DNA of 64,000 bases from positions 62,001-126,000 of the forward strand of contig NW_025765186.1 of NCBI RefSeq assembly GCF_003918875.1, given 5' to 3'. Position 1 is the stretch's first letter. Every line of letters starts with the position of its first letter. Shown here piece by piece: positions 25,148 through 37,770 of the stretch. Source of the DNA: Haliotis rubra. Its lineage: Eukaryota. Both the position numbers and the translations under genes were made by a program. Under the pieces are notes generated by a model. It made no database searches and was not told where the DNA came from. It was given only the letters and a program-made list of their open reading frames with translations.

Positions 25148-26336
25148 CCTCTTGACTGAAACTGACATGGACGAGTAAATACGTGACCCAGCGCATAACT
25201 GATTAATATACACAATGAAATATATATGTATGTGGCGGAGGGAGGGAGGCTGGAGGGGATATTGATGTACATGTCGACAAACATCCAGCACCCGTCTGTC
25301 ACAATCTCATCATACTTCCCGTTGATTCATTTCCCTCTGACCGGGCCACAAGGAAATATTACTGTGCATATATCTATTAAATAGTGACACATAATTAAAA
25401 TATGTTCAGTAGTACGTTAATTAAGAAGTTTTGACTATGCTTGAATTTACTATTTGAATATACACGACATAACCATTTCCACAGTCATAAGAAATCTCTG
25501 CCAAAAGCAGAGTCGATTGTACGATTGACTATATCATGAGTATGTATTTGTTTCAAAAGTGTTACAGCTGTACGATGTTGCTTGTAAACAAATCTAGTCT
25601 GGACCAGACAATCCTGTGATTATAACGATGCGATACGATGACAGAGCATGTGTTTATGAATCACCGTGAAACAGTCATGATACCAAGTGTTAGCGGAAAG
25701 GTAAGCGCATCCTGTGGCACTAGTGGTCAAAGCGTTCGCTCCTCATGCCGGAGACCCGGGTTTGATTCCCCACATGGGTACAATGTATAAAGACCCGTGA
25801 AAGTCCGGGTTAGAATACTGATCTTCAGTAAGCCAGTGTTCACCTGAAATAATTCGGGAACGTATGGTCAGAAGTCAAAATAAGGAATTGGATGAGTCAC
25901 ACTTTGTCACTGTATATAAGAAATTGTTTTATTTATGAAATCGCGTGGAAGACGTCAACAGTCGGCAGTAGCCACTTTCCTTCCTGCGTGTGTCATGTCT
26001 GCTGTCGTTCTGCTTCATTCTCTGTTTGTAGGCTGGATGAGTACATTTGTACAACCCAGATCACGTGACATGTTCGACTGATGTACCTTACCTGATGTAT
26101 GCTCAAACGTCCAGACATAAACACATGTGTCGTGACTCGCCAGAGGGAGCACCAAACACTGTTCGGGACTGAACGAAAAAAAAATTCCCCATAGAATTAT
26201 TGAGTTTACAGGTTGGAAATGCTTACACGCCCCTTAACATACAAATACTGTGTTTTGTGACATTTGTAGCTTGAGTCCCAAGCCATTACACACAACACGT
26301 TCTTCCGAGCCGGACATGTATTTTTCTATGTCAAGG

Positions 26337-26675
26337 GACCGCCTCCGTAGTGTAGTGGTTAGAGCGTCCGCCCGTAGTACGGAAGGTCGCGGGTTCGATC
26401 CCCGACTGCGTCATACTTAAAGACGTTAAAATATGGTACTTGTTGGTCCCTGCCTGGTCGGCTCGGACTGGTCGGTTCGAAGTCAGTACAATGTGTCTGA
26501 GTGGGGTATTCATGCTTCACTGCGGCATGGTATCTCAGTGGGCTAACACTTTAAAACCAGCTTCAGTCTGGGATAGTACAAGCAGCCGCACATACACATA
26601 CACGCGCATGCACGTCGTCATATGAGCGATATATTCTCAAGCACGACGTTAAACCCAATTTCACCTCAGCTCACC
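26337..26675 (+). mobile_element. tRNA-derived SINE family B, full length
   Basis: A box GTGTAGTGGTTAG, B box GGTTCGATCCC, conserved core and tail; flanked by CTATGTCAAG direct repeats. Confidence 0.9.
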
Positions 26676-26805
26676 TATGTCAAGAAGGTTCCGTGTAAAC
26701 AATTTACAAGGGAGGTAACTCTAACGCTTAAATGTAAAAGCGGATAAAATAGTAATAAAACAAGTAGTTCGATATCTCTACACACAAACACATCTTAATC
26801 AGTGA

Positions 26806-27298
26806 ACCAGTGGTCAACATATAGACAGTGATCTAGTCCGACAAGCATGTCTTTGGGTATTCTCGCTACAGTGACAGACCACCCCAGCGGTCAACAGTTA
26901 GACAGTGATCTAGTCCGACAAGCATGTCTTTGGGTATTCTCGCTACAGTGACAGACCACCCCAGTGGTCAACGCTTAGATAGTGATCAAGTCGGACAAGC
27001 ATGTCTTTGTGTATTCTCGCTACATTGACAGACCACCCCAGTGGTTAACGCTTAGGTAGTGATCTAGTCCGACAAGCATGTCTTTGGGTATTCTCGCTAC
27101 AGTGACAGACCACCCCAGTGGTGAACGCTTAGTTAGTGATCTAGTCGGACAAGCATGTCTTTGTGTATTCTCGCTACAGTGACAGACCACCCCAGTGGTG
27201 AACGCTTAGACAGTGATCTAGTCCGACAAACATGTCTTTGTGTATTCACGCTACAGTGACAGACCACCCCAGTGGTTAACGCTTAGATAGTGATCTAG
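26806..27298. repeat. 77-bp minisatellite, ~6.5 copies
   Basis: Unit containing AGTGATCTAGTCCGACAAGCATGTCTTTG.GTATTCTCGCTACAGTGACAGACCACCCCAG. Confidence 0.9.
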
Positions 27299-28766
27299 AA
27301 CATGCTTCGACTATGACAGTGCACGCGGAAGGAGCTCTGACTCGCCCGCAACTTATCAAGTGCTGATAGTACGTGCAGCAAACAGAAACAATAACATTTA
27401 AACTGAAAGCTGCTGTTTGGACAGTCAGAGTCTACAACCTCACAAAGCGGGGGCGGATACAGATTTTTGAGTAAGGCGGTGGTGCACACCACACTTTCAC
27501 GAGAGTTTCAATGGTCATTTAAAAAACTTTCAGGACAAAGTGTGGATCCGCCTAGGCAAGGAGTATGGTTGATGCGAAGTGGAGCTTCAATAATTCTCAT
27601 GTAGTGAAGTACACGCTTTGAACAGGTGCGTGACCAAAAGGTACAATTGTTATCACTAATTTACATTTTGTTCATTTGCATTTTGTCAACCTGCCCTGTA
27701 AAACACGTTAACTATAACGAAACTATCTGTATCTGTAATTGTGCCGTGAGATAAATGCGAAGACAACTTATTCGTGTGTTAAACACGTTTCGATTCCCGG
27801 TGATGGGTTTGTCTGAGTACATTTGATTTAGTCGTCTCAGATTGAGATTTTACGTACGATTCATTTCCTCAGCGTCATCTGTTGGAACTCTCCTACTCAG
27901 GAGATAGAAATATCAGGTAGGCTTCCGCATGGTCTCGGGGTTGTAGCGGGATAAATTTCCTTTCTACACACTTAAATTAGGCCAAACTTACGCCGACCAT
28001 AGAGTGAGTATAAGAGCCAAGTTATCACTGATGCTTAACTATTTATAAAGGTATAATTACGTGATATGTCCATCAAAACAGTCGGTTTTTGTGCTCCACC
28101 TGTGACTCGGCTGAATTCAGTCATGCAATGTTGTTCGGTTTACTGCATGTACATGTGAATGTGATTTGTTTTTTGACATACTTTATTGATTTATGGTGTA
28201 AACAAACAACAAAGGTGTATATAACGAGAATATATAATTGAAATACGGTTTGTCAGCTTATTCAGTAAACATTTCACTTATTCAAAGTATATTTACTGAA
28301 GCGTTCCTAAAATGGCTTTATTTTGTCCACGTTAAAGAAGTACGTGCTGTCAATGTAATGACTAAATAGATTCATGTTATTTTGTAGACGTTCACCCGTT
28401 GTCAGCATACTTGATCTTGATGAAGTAAACACAATTCTAATGTCTGCTGATATGTCTGTTCCGAGGGTAATGCAATATAAGGTGAGTAACTTGCTTCTGA
28501 CATGTTAAATTACATAGCCTAAGTTCAACATGCGAGTTCAAATCCACACTCAGCGCTTTAAACTTTTTTAACCCATAATGACTAACAGTTAATTAATTAA
28601 AATTATAATTTACAAATTGCGCAGATCCATGTTCATGCTGTTGATCACAGGATTATCTGGTACAGAATCGATTATTTATAAACCGCCGACATATAGCTGG
28701 AATATTGTGCGGCGTAAAACTGAACTCACTCACTCACTAAAATTTAACTCACTCACTTGGTATGCT

Positions 28767-29020
28767 ACCCTTGAACATCCGGGTTAGAACTGATCTTCAG
28801 TAACCCATGCTTGTCGTAATAGGCGACTAATGGGATCGGGTGGTCAGGCTCGCTGACTTGGTTGACACATGCCATCGTATCCCAATTGCGTAGGTCGATG
28901 CTCATGCTGTTGATCACTGGATTTTCTGGTCCAGACTCGATTATTTACAGACCGCCGCCATATAGCTGGAATATTACTGAGTGCGGCGTAAAACTAAACT
29001 CACTCACGCACTCGCTCACT
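28767..29020 (+). mobile_element. Short interspersed repeat family C with structured (pseudoknot-like) 5' head
   Basis: Second copy at 30621-30860; partial copies at ~25794-25835, ~16495-16600 and ~28620-28738. Shares the 3' tail (GCGGCGTAAAACTAAACTCACTC) with SINE A. Confidence 0.75.
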
Positions 29021-29210
29021 TGGTATGAACAAACATTGTTGACATTATTTAAAGTTTTATGTAAGCTTGCCAAGAGAGTGTTGCTGTTGTCCTGGGCTTG
29101 GGTAATAAATCCCTGTTTGACTGTTCTAATTGGGTGTTTTACACAATTAATTCTATGTTTTATTCTAATTTTCGGTGATAACAGTCCTCTAAACATTTAC
29201 TTGACGTTGA

Positions 29211-29552
29211 GGCCGTGTCCGTGGTGTAGTGGTTAGAGCGTCCGCCCGGAGAGCGGAAGGTCGCAGGTTCGATCCCCGGCCCTGTCAAACCGTACGTTAA
29301 AATATGGTAATTGTTGGTCCCTGCCTGTCGCTCGGCATTAATGGGTACAACAAGGACAGGTCGGCTCGGAGTCAGTATAATGTGTCTGAGTGGAGTATTC
29401 ATGCTTCACTGCAGCATGATATCTCAATTGGCTAGCACTATAAAGCCAGCTTCAGTCTGGGCTAGTACAAGCAGCCACACATACACACACATGCATGTCG
29501 TCATATGAGCGAAATATTGGTAAATGCGACGTTAAACCCCATTTCACCTAAC
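29211..29552 (+). mobile_element. tRNA-derived SINE family B
   Basis: Full-length similarity to 26337-26675. Confidence 0.9.
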
Positions 29553-29904
29553 CTAGGTGTTGAAGAGGTTATGCTTGTCAGGTGAGGCTTCTAGGTTTTG
29601 TGTACAGAGGGTCATTCTGCTCCAGTACATGTGTAGGGGTCGGAAGATCTCTGATTTTATCACTTTGTTGCCTTTACTTATTTACCACCCTGAAACAGTA
29701 TGATGAGTTCACTAAAACACCTAGCTATGACAAAGACAGCAAGACGTGAGGACCTCAAGAGGTGTTTTTAGGTTCAGCTCACCTAATTTACAGCAAAATG
29801 TGCTTGTCATGGCCTACCTGTGAGTCCGAACATCTTAAACTATCTCTGTTATTTACAATCAAGTCTCCCTACTACTTTATTTATTAGATATGTATAACTT
29901 GCCG

Positions 29905-30510
29905 TGTGTATGACCTCCCTTCGTCAGCGTATGACCTACCTTTGTCAGCGTATGACCTACCTTCGTCAGCGTATGGCATCCCTTCGTCAATGTATGACCC
30001 CCCTTCGTCAGTGTATGACCTCCCTTAGTCAGTGTACGACCTCCCTTTGTCAGTGTATGACCTCCCTTCGTTAGTGTGTATCCTTTCTTCCTCAGTGTAT
30101 GACCTCCCTTCGTCAGTGTATGACCTCCCTTCGTTAGTGTATATCCTTTCTTCCTCAGTGTATGACCTCCCTTAGTCAGTGTACGACCTCCCTTCATCAG
30201 TGTATGGCATCCCTTCGTCAGCGTATGACCTCCCTTCGTCAGCGTATGACCTCCCTTTGTCAGTGTTTGACCTCCCTTCGCCAGTGTATATCCTTTTTTC
30301 GTCAGTGTATGGCCTCCCTTCGTCAGTGTATGACCTTCGTTCGTCAGTGTATGGCCTTCCTTCGTCAGTGTATGACCTACCTTAGTCAGTGTATGACATC
30401 CTTTCGTCAGTGAATGGCCTCCCTTCGTCAGTGTAGGGCCTCCCTTCGTCAGTGTATGACCTCCCTTCGTCAGTGTATGACCTCCCTTCGTTAGTGTATG
30501 ACATCCCTTT
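29905..30510. repeat. 21-bp minisatellite, ~29 copies
   Basis: Unit GTCAGTGTATGACCTCCCTTC; ORF 29877..30539 (GGHTLTK)n is its translation. Confidence 0.95.
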
Positions 30511-30620
30511 GTCCCTGGAGGCAGTTTTGCTACAATCACCAGGCGCTCACCGTTTCAGCCTTTTCAAAAATGGGCGATGGATAGCTGTCATGCCGAATAC
30601 CCGGGTCCGATTCCTTACAT

Positions 30621-30860
30621 ACCCGTGAAGGTTCGGGTTAGAATATTTATCTTCAGTAACCCATGCTTGTTGTAAGATTCGACTAACGGGATGGGATGGT
30701 CAGGCTGGTTGACACATGTCATCGGTTCCCAAATGCGTAGATCGATGCTCATGCTGTTGATCACTGGATTGTGTGGTCCAACCTCGATTATTTACAGACC
30801 GCCGCCATATAGCTGGAATTTTGCTGAGTGCGGCGTAAAACTAAACAAACTCACTCACTC
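30621..30860 (+). mobile_element. Short interspersed repeat family C
   Basis: Homologous to 28767-29020. Confidence 0.75.
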
Positions 30861-31086
30861 GATTCCCTACATGGTTGCAAATTAAGCGGTGACTCCCCCA
30901 CCGTGATATTGATGGCATATTGCGAAAAGCGACATAAAACCATACTCTTTAATGTCAACGTAATGCTGAAGGTGAATCTTGAAATGATGACGACCTTAGA
31001 CTTTTGTCATGACGCTAGCAGGTCCACACCATAATACATTCGTTAAGATGTATGTGATTTGGTCCTCTTGGATATCATCAATAGCT

Positions 31087-31346
31087 TACAGATGTTCTAA
31101 ATACCAGGATGCCCCTCTGAAGGAATACCACACACTGGGATATTGCTAAAAGAGGCGTAAATCCATACTTACTTACAGATGTTCTAAATATCAGGATTCC
31201 CTTCTGAAGGAATGGCACACACTGGAATATTGCGTAAATCCATACTTACTTACAGATGTTCTAAATATCAGGATGCCCTTCTGAAGGAATGTCACACACT
31301 GGAATATTGCTAAAAGAGGCGTAAATCAATACTTACTTACAGATGT
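31087..31346. repeat. ~80-bp tandem repeat, 3 copies
   Basis: TTACAGATGTTCTAAATA.CAGGAT.CCC.TCTGAAGGAAT..CACACACTGG repeated; single homologue at ~11593-11645. Confidence 0.8.
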
Positions 31347-31672
31347 CTGGATAATAATGAAGGCGAATGCCGAAATAATGACGATCATACAAGTTTGTCA
31401 TTTTGTATAAAACGTCCGTTAAGATGTCGGAGATCATTAATACACCATAAATGTTCCTAAACACAAAGGGTTATCATTGTGAACAAATGGTATACACTGG
31501 AAATATTTAGGGAGTTTCTGGCACCTTTGTATTCTTAAATCTAAATGTTATTGCTGTATTATCAAAAAAATCGCTACTGCAGCCGTACGACATTACTGTA
31601 TATCGATATTAACTTGTACAATGTTATTACCCTTCAGATCAAAGGAACATTGCTGTTATCTCCCAACTAGCA

Positions 31673-32419
31673 ATGGTCATAATGGTGGCCCTCGCCCTCA
31701 CGACACTGGCCAGTGTCCACGCAACTTCTCCCAATGTTCGGGTCAAGAGAAGGCCTGTAGATCAACCACATGAAGGAATGTGCTCCAACTTCTGGTGGGG
31801 TGGAATTTCTAAAGTTCACTTTTACACCTGCTGTAACAACCTGGATGAAGGTCCTAATCCCTATTGCGATGGTCGCACCTATCACAGAGCATCTAATGGA
31901 TCCTACTGTAAACCTGGTGGGTTTGACGGCGGGAACGGTGAACAACATGAATCTTACCGTTGTGGAGGATGTGATGGACAGGCCCGGGTAGCTGAGAAAT
32001 GCGAGCCATGGCCTTCACTGGATGTTGTAGGAACATGCTGGGTATTCACTAAGTGCTTCACAGACTTCTGCGAAAAGCGGTACCGAGTGAATGGGTTAAA
32101 CCTTGCAGTAAGGGATAGGCCAGGAATGCCAGACACCTGCTACAACGGAAAGTGTGATGTCGGAGAAACTACAGACAACTGCCCAGTCGACTGCTGCTAC
32201 ACGAAAAACAAACAGTGTACCTGGGGTAACAAATGTACGCAGCTATTTTGTGCCACCCCGTCTTGTGGGGTGGGGTGGAGTGGAGGTGATGGTGTGTTTA
32301 CAGCTGGGACATATGGCATCAAGATCCTGGCTGCCGCTGTGCTAGTGCTGGGTGTCTCCATTGTTTATTTTTTCAGAAGGAAGAGGCAATACAAGCGGGC
32401 ACAGTCACACAATGTTTAA
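31673..32419 (+). CDS. Uncharacterised Cys-rich type I membrane protein, 248 aa, intronless CDS
   Basis: Signal peptide MVIMVALALTTLASVHA, dibasic RVKRR, Cys-rich ectodomain including CYNGKCDVGETTDNCPVDCC, TM ILAAAVLVLGVSIVYFF, stop-transfer RRKR. Upstream acceptor CCCTTCAG at ~31638; conserved paralog at 13322. Confidence 0.85.
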   Translation: MVIMVALALTTLASVHATSPNVRVKRRPVDQPHEGMCSNFWWGGISKVHFYTCCNNLDEGPNPYCDGRTYHRASNGSYCKPGGFDGGNGEQHESYRCGGCDGQARVAEKCEPWPSLDVVGTCWVFTKCFTDFCEKRYRVNGLNLAVRDRPGMPDTCYNGKCDVGETTDNCPVDCCYTKNKQCTWGNKCTQLFCATPSCGVGWSGGDGVFTAGTYGIKILAAAVLVLGVSIVYFFRRKRQYKRAQSHNV

Positions 32420-32707
32420 AACAGATTTTCTCTTGATGAATGTTTGATAAATGTACGTTAATAGATTTTTAACAATTTGTAAATATGTTGCTTTCAACAA
32501 TAACTTAATATTCACAACGATCGCTTCGGTAACATGAAGTGATATGTAACATTCTTAGTATTTTCTTCTTTGAGAAATATTTTAGAAGTTGTGAAGATGA
32601 AGGAAAACTTCTTTGGACAGTCAACCTCTGTGTTTCGGTGTAGTTACTAACACCGTTATTAAGGAAGTGATAAAAAGAGTTGAAAGAAGGAGAATATATA
32701 CATAGCT

Positions 32708-33168
32708 GCATTGTGAGTATATACAATTGACAAGGTAGATGTCCATTGTGAGTATATACAATTGACAAGGTAGATGTACATTGTGAGTATATACAATTGA
32801 CAAGGTAGATGTAGCATTGTGAGTATATACAGTTGACAAGGTAGATGTACATTGTGAGTATACATAATTGACAAGGTAGATGTACATTGTGAGTATATAC
32901 AGTTGACAAGGTAGATGTACATTGTGAGTATATGCAATTGACAAAGTAGATGTACATTGTGAGTATATACAGTTGACAAGGTAGATGTACATTGTGAGTA
33001 TACATAATTGACAAGGTAGATGTACATTGTGAGTATATACAGTTGACAAGGTAGATGTACATTGTGAGTATATACAATTGACAAAGTAGATGTACATTGT
33101 GAGTATATACAGTTGACAAGGTAGATGTACATTGTGAGTATATAAAATTGACAAGGTAGATGTACATT
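32708..33168. repeat. 35-bp minisatellite, ~13 copies
   Basis: Unit ACATTGTGAGTATATACAATTGACAAGGTAGATGT. Confidence 0.95.
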
Positions 33169-33194
33169 GGACATCTAATTAATGATTTGGGCAG

Positions 33195-33852
33195 AGTAGG
33201 TTGAAGTACACTGTGATTGGTTGTGATTAGAGGTTGAGTTTATACAATGGTGAGTTTGATGTACAATGAGGTGGTGATTAGTTAGTAGGTTGAAGTACAC
33301 TGTGATTGGTTGTGATTAGAGGTTGAGTTTATACAATGGTGAGTTTGATGTACAATGAGGTGGTGATTAGAAAGTAGGTTGAAGTACACGGTGATTGGTT
33401 GTGGTTAGAGGTTGAGTTTATACAATGGTGAGTTTGATGTACAATGAGGTGGTGATTAGTAAGTAGGTTGAAGTACACTGTGATTGGTTGTGATTAGAGG
33501 ATGAGTTTATACAATGGTGAGTTTGATGTACAATGAGGTGGTGATTAGTAAGTAGGTTGAAGTACACTGTGATTCGTTGTGATTAGAGGATGAGTTTATA
33601 CAATGGTGAGTTTGATGTACAATGAGGTGGTGATTAGTAAGTAAGTTGAAGTACACTGTGCTTGGTTGTGATTAGAGGATGAGTTTATACAATGGTGAGT
33701 TTGATGTACAATGAGGTGGTGATTAGTAAGTAGTCTGAAGTACACTGTGATTCGTTGTGATTAGAGGATGAGTTTATACAATGGTGAGTTTGATGTACAA
33801 TGAGGTGGTGATTGGTAAGTAGGTTGAAGTACACTGTGATTGGTTGTGATTA
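33195..33852. repeat. 89-bp minisatellite, ~7.5 copies
   Basis: Unit AGTAGGTTGAAGTACACTGTGATTGGTTGTGATTAGAGG.TGAGTTTATACAATGGTGAGTTTGATGTACAATGAGGTGGTGATTAG…. Confidence 0.95.
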
Positions 33853-34229
33853 CAATACACAGAGTCAAGCGTGAAGAGATGGACAAGGGCGACATAGTCA
33901 GAACTATACTAGCATTCCACACACTGAGAGTGTAATAGTTGAGTTTGGCTTTACGTCACATCGGCATTATTCCAGCCGTATAGTGACGAGATCAAGTCTA
34001 CATTTATGAACGTTTTAAATCTAAGGTCCTAATGAGTTTTATTTTAAACACACACACACACGCACACACACATATTCATTACATTATTATTTACAAACAG
34101 AAAATGTCATAGCACCAAATTCAAAAGCAAGCAGTTTGTTATTCACATAACATGGCTACAATTTATGATACAAGTTAACGTCCCTCGGGAAGTCAACAAT
34201 GTGGGAAAACAGATCTTTTAGATTTCTCG

Positions 34230-34840
34230 CATCATCATCATTATCATCATCGTCATCATCATCGTCGTAACACATTTGTAATGCGCTGGTATCCATGCAG
34301 TTCATGCTCAAAGCGTAGATAGAAAGTAACAAATTACAAAATTATAGAGTTGAAAAGTTTGTCCTGAACAAATGTGTCTTTAACCGGGATTTGAAAGTGA
34401 CAAAGTCAGTACAGTCCGTGAGATTCTGTGGAAGTTTGTTCCAGGCCACTGGTGCTGCATAGACAAAGGATCTGTTTCCATACTGCACTGTTCTTGTTTT
34501 AGGGACAACAAGCAGACTTTTATATTGAGAACGGGGCGAGCGAGAAGGCTTGTACAGAGAAAGAAGACTGGATAAGTATGTAGGGGCAATTCCAGACAGA
34601 CAGCGGAGGACAACGCAGAGAAGTATAAACTCAATTCTGAACTCCACAGACCACTGGTGTAGAAAGTATAGAAGAGGAGTGATGTGACCATTGTTCCTGG
34701 ATCTTGTCACAATGCGAGCTGCTACATTCTGGACTCTTTGTAGCGTTTGTATCTGATACTTGGTTGCACCGGCCAACAGACAGTTGCAGTCTGTCTGCTC
34801 ATGACAAGGGATAGAACAAGAGTTGTTGCTGTTTCAGTTG
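34230..34840 (-). mobile_element. L2-clade LINE 3' fragment
   Basis: LQRVQNVAARIV…HITPLL..LH.W….RI.F…APTYLS…G.RSF..AAP..WNKLP…FKSRLKTHLF, followed by an L2-type GCGCTTTGAG…AGCGC stem-loop and an (ATG)n tail. Confidence 0.9.
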
Positions 34841-34859
34841 TCAGGTATTGCCGGATATT

Positions 34860-35030
34860 GCCAATGCATCATAATGTAAGCCCCTTGCAGTTGAAAAGTC
34901 CGCACAGTCAAGCAGTATATGCTTGACGGTGAACACCTCATCGCAAGAGACACACAAAGGAGGTCCACCCACATTCGTTTTCAGCAGATAGTCATGGGTA
35001 AACTGACTGTGGCCAATACGACACAGTGGT
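34860..35030 (-). mobile_element. I/Nimb-clade LINE ORF2 C-terminal fragment
   Basis: CRIGHSQFTHDYLL…PPLCVSCDEVFTVKHILLDC (R.GH..LT…P.C..C…TV.H.L..C zinc knuckle). Confidence 0.8.
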
Positions 35031-35740
35031 AATAGGGGTGGTTGTGTACACCCACATTCAGCAGATAGTCCTGGGTAAACTGACTGTGGCCAATACGACA
35101 CAGTGGCAATAGGGGTGGTTGTGTACACCCACATTCAGCAGATAGTCCTGGGTAAACTGACTGTGGCCAATACACCACAGTGGTAATAGGGGTGGTGGTG
35201 TACACCCACATTCAGCAGATAGTCCTGGGTAAACTGACTGTGGCCAATACGACACAGTGGTAATAGGGGTGGTTGTGTACACCCACATTCAGCAGATAGT
35301 CCTGGGTAAACTGACTGTGGCCAATACGACACAGTGGTAATAGGGGTGGTTGTGTACACCCACATTCAGCAGATAGTCCTGGGTAAACTGACTGTGGCCA
35401 ATACGACACAGTGGTAATAAGGGTGGTTGTGTACACCCACATTCAGCAGATAGTCCTGGGTAAACTGACTGTGGCCAATACACCACAGTGGTAATAGGGG
35501 TGGTTGTGTACACCCACGTTCAGCAGATAGTCCTGGGTAAAGTGACTGTGGCCAATACGACACAGTGGTAATAGGGGTGGTTGTGTACATCCACATTCAG
35601 CAGATAGTCCTGGGTAAACTGACTGTGGCCAATACGACACAGTGGTAATAGGGGTGGTTGTGTACACTCACATTCAGCAGATAGTCCTGGGTAAACTGAC
35701 TGTGGCCAATACGACACAGTGGTAATAGGGGTGGTTGTGA
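34975..35740. repeat. 77-bp minisatellite (10 copies) amplified from LINE coding sequence
   Basis: Unit includes the CRIGHSQFT.DYLL-coding stretch of the adjacent I-clade fragment. Confidence 0.9.
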
Positions 35741-35842
35741 CCAAGCTACAGTCGCCCAGTGACAGCTGAGGTAGGAACGGGATGTTAAATCAACCTGTTT
35801 GGACTTTGCGTTGTGTATTTATAATGTGTGTTCAGGTTCACT

Positions 35843-36134
35843 ACCGCCTCTGTGGTGTAGTGGTTAGAGCGTCCGCCCGGAGAGCCGAAGGTCGCGGGTT
35901 CCATCCCCGACCGCATCATACCAAAAGACGTTAAAATATGGTACTTGTTGGTCACTGCCTGGCGCTCGGCATTAATGGGTACAACAAGGACTAGTCAGCG
36001 GTGGGTCAGTACTATAGAACCAGCTTAAGTCTGGGCTGGTACAAGCAGCCGCACATACACATACACACGCATGCACGTCGTCATATGAGCGAAATATTCT
36101 CAACACGACGTTAAACCCAGTTTCACCTCACCTC
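35843..36134 (+). mobile_element. tRNA-derived SINE family B, internally deleted
   Basis: Head and tail match 26337-26675; flanked by GGTTCACTAC repeats. Confidence 0.85.
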
Positions 36135-37210
36135 GGGTTCACTACTCAAAACTCAATGACCTGTTCGTCAGTCAGGCATAAAGCTTAATAGGAAATAACG
36201 GAAACAAACTGAACAGTAATAACAGTTTATTGCAAAAAGGTGGTGGAAAACTAGTCACAAAAACTGAACAACTTGTAAATGCCACAATTCCCTCACTCAC
36301 AGACCTATTCAGCCCACGAATTCGTTAAACTACTCTTGAAGAAACACCCAAACCAACCCTTTCTAAACCGAACATAACCCCAGAACTACAGTCTAAATCA
36401 TATTCCATTTCCTACGCTACTTTTCACACAACCCGACCTGCCGCGAGAATAAGAACACCTAACTCCCCTATACAGCGCCTAGCATCCTGTTTTATAATGG
36501 GGAGGGAATGGTTCTGAAACAGGACATCGGGACAGCAGTACATATACCTTTTTGTCAACAACATATCAACATAATTACAGCTTTAGCAAATATGGAAATA
36601 TATTGCTTCTATTATTGAGATTGATGCAATTCTTGGGAAATATGGGTTGCTTAGCCCCTGTCTCTAATCAAAGTTCCCGGCAGTCATTTTGTCTGGATGC
36701 CCGTCACAGTCCATGTTATGACGTGTTTGAATCTCTTAGCTCATGCCGTGATAAATGCGGCACAGGTTTATTGGCCGTCGTCACGATGAACATCATACAT
36801 CTTTGTTTCACTGACTGAATACCATCCTTTTTAGCAATACCAGATCATTGATATGCACCCTAGTTCAGGCGTGGGTGTTTGTTGCATGTATGATAACTGG
36901 TTGTCGTTTTAGAGTCACAAATACACCCATCAAATTTTGCATACCTAGTATTTTTGCAAATGAGGATCATTATTTTAGAGTCACAAATACACCTGTTTCA
37001 TCCATTTTCACAATTGTTATTTGTTTTCTCGTAATCGCCAATTTAGGGTAAAATATCCGACCAATAGTGTCTGCCATAATCACTGTTACGACTTCGCAAA
37101 ACATAATTCTCATCATTTCCCGAATTCCTACACGCCGTCACTTCCGGTTGACCTTTAACGTGTGGCGTCACAGGGGTTTATTTCGGGCGGTCCTGTATGA
37201 GCCTGGTGTA

Positions 37211-37364
37211 CTACGGATAACTGATAGCCGGGACAACTGGAGTAGGCTGGATGCCAGTGAGTCCATCATACATCCTTGTTTCATCAACGACATCGTACTG
37301 AGGAGCATCTCCTGCCTCTGGGGACACGTCCATGTCCTGGGTGGGAGTGACGTACAGCTGGAAC
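37211..37364 (-). other. Candidate orphan terminal exon encoding a Tyr-motif cytoplasmic tail
   Basis: Acceptor TTTGCAG; phase-2 frame FQLYVTPTQDMDVSPEAGDAPQYDVVDETRMYDGLTGIQPTPVVPAISYP*; AATAAA ~30 nt downstream. Upstream exons not found. Confidence 0.35.
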
Positions 37365-37639
37365 CTGCAAATGTTTGATAGGCGTTTTGTAGCAACGCAC
37401 GGATGACAAATCGACCCAATTCATAGATAACAACTTCTTCAGTATAGTGCATAAATAAGTTGATGTCTCTAAAGTATGTGTATTATTTAATCTGGCGGAC
37501 GATATGTTTGTTTAGACTACAAATGTGATCAGGAATGAACTTAACACTACCAGGAACGCAGATATATCTGGGGATCTTTATCCACTTCAGACAGTTTGAA
37601 TGTATGAGTTTACACGTGCATACGGAGGGAATTAAGTTG

Positions 37640-37770
37640 TTTTTGTTACCCCGCTTTAAGCAAAATTCCAGCAATATCACGACAGGGGACACCAGACATT
37701 CACACATTGTACCCATGTGGGGAATCAAACCCGGGTCTTCGGCGTGAGGAGCAAACGCTACCCCACCATA
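37640..37770 (-). mobile_element. SINE family A
   Basis: Reverse complement of body and head (TGTACCCATGTGGGGAATCAAACCCGGGTCTTCGGCGTGA). Confidence 0.8.
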
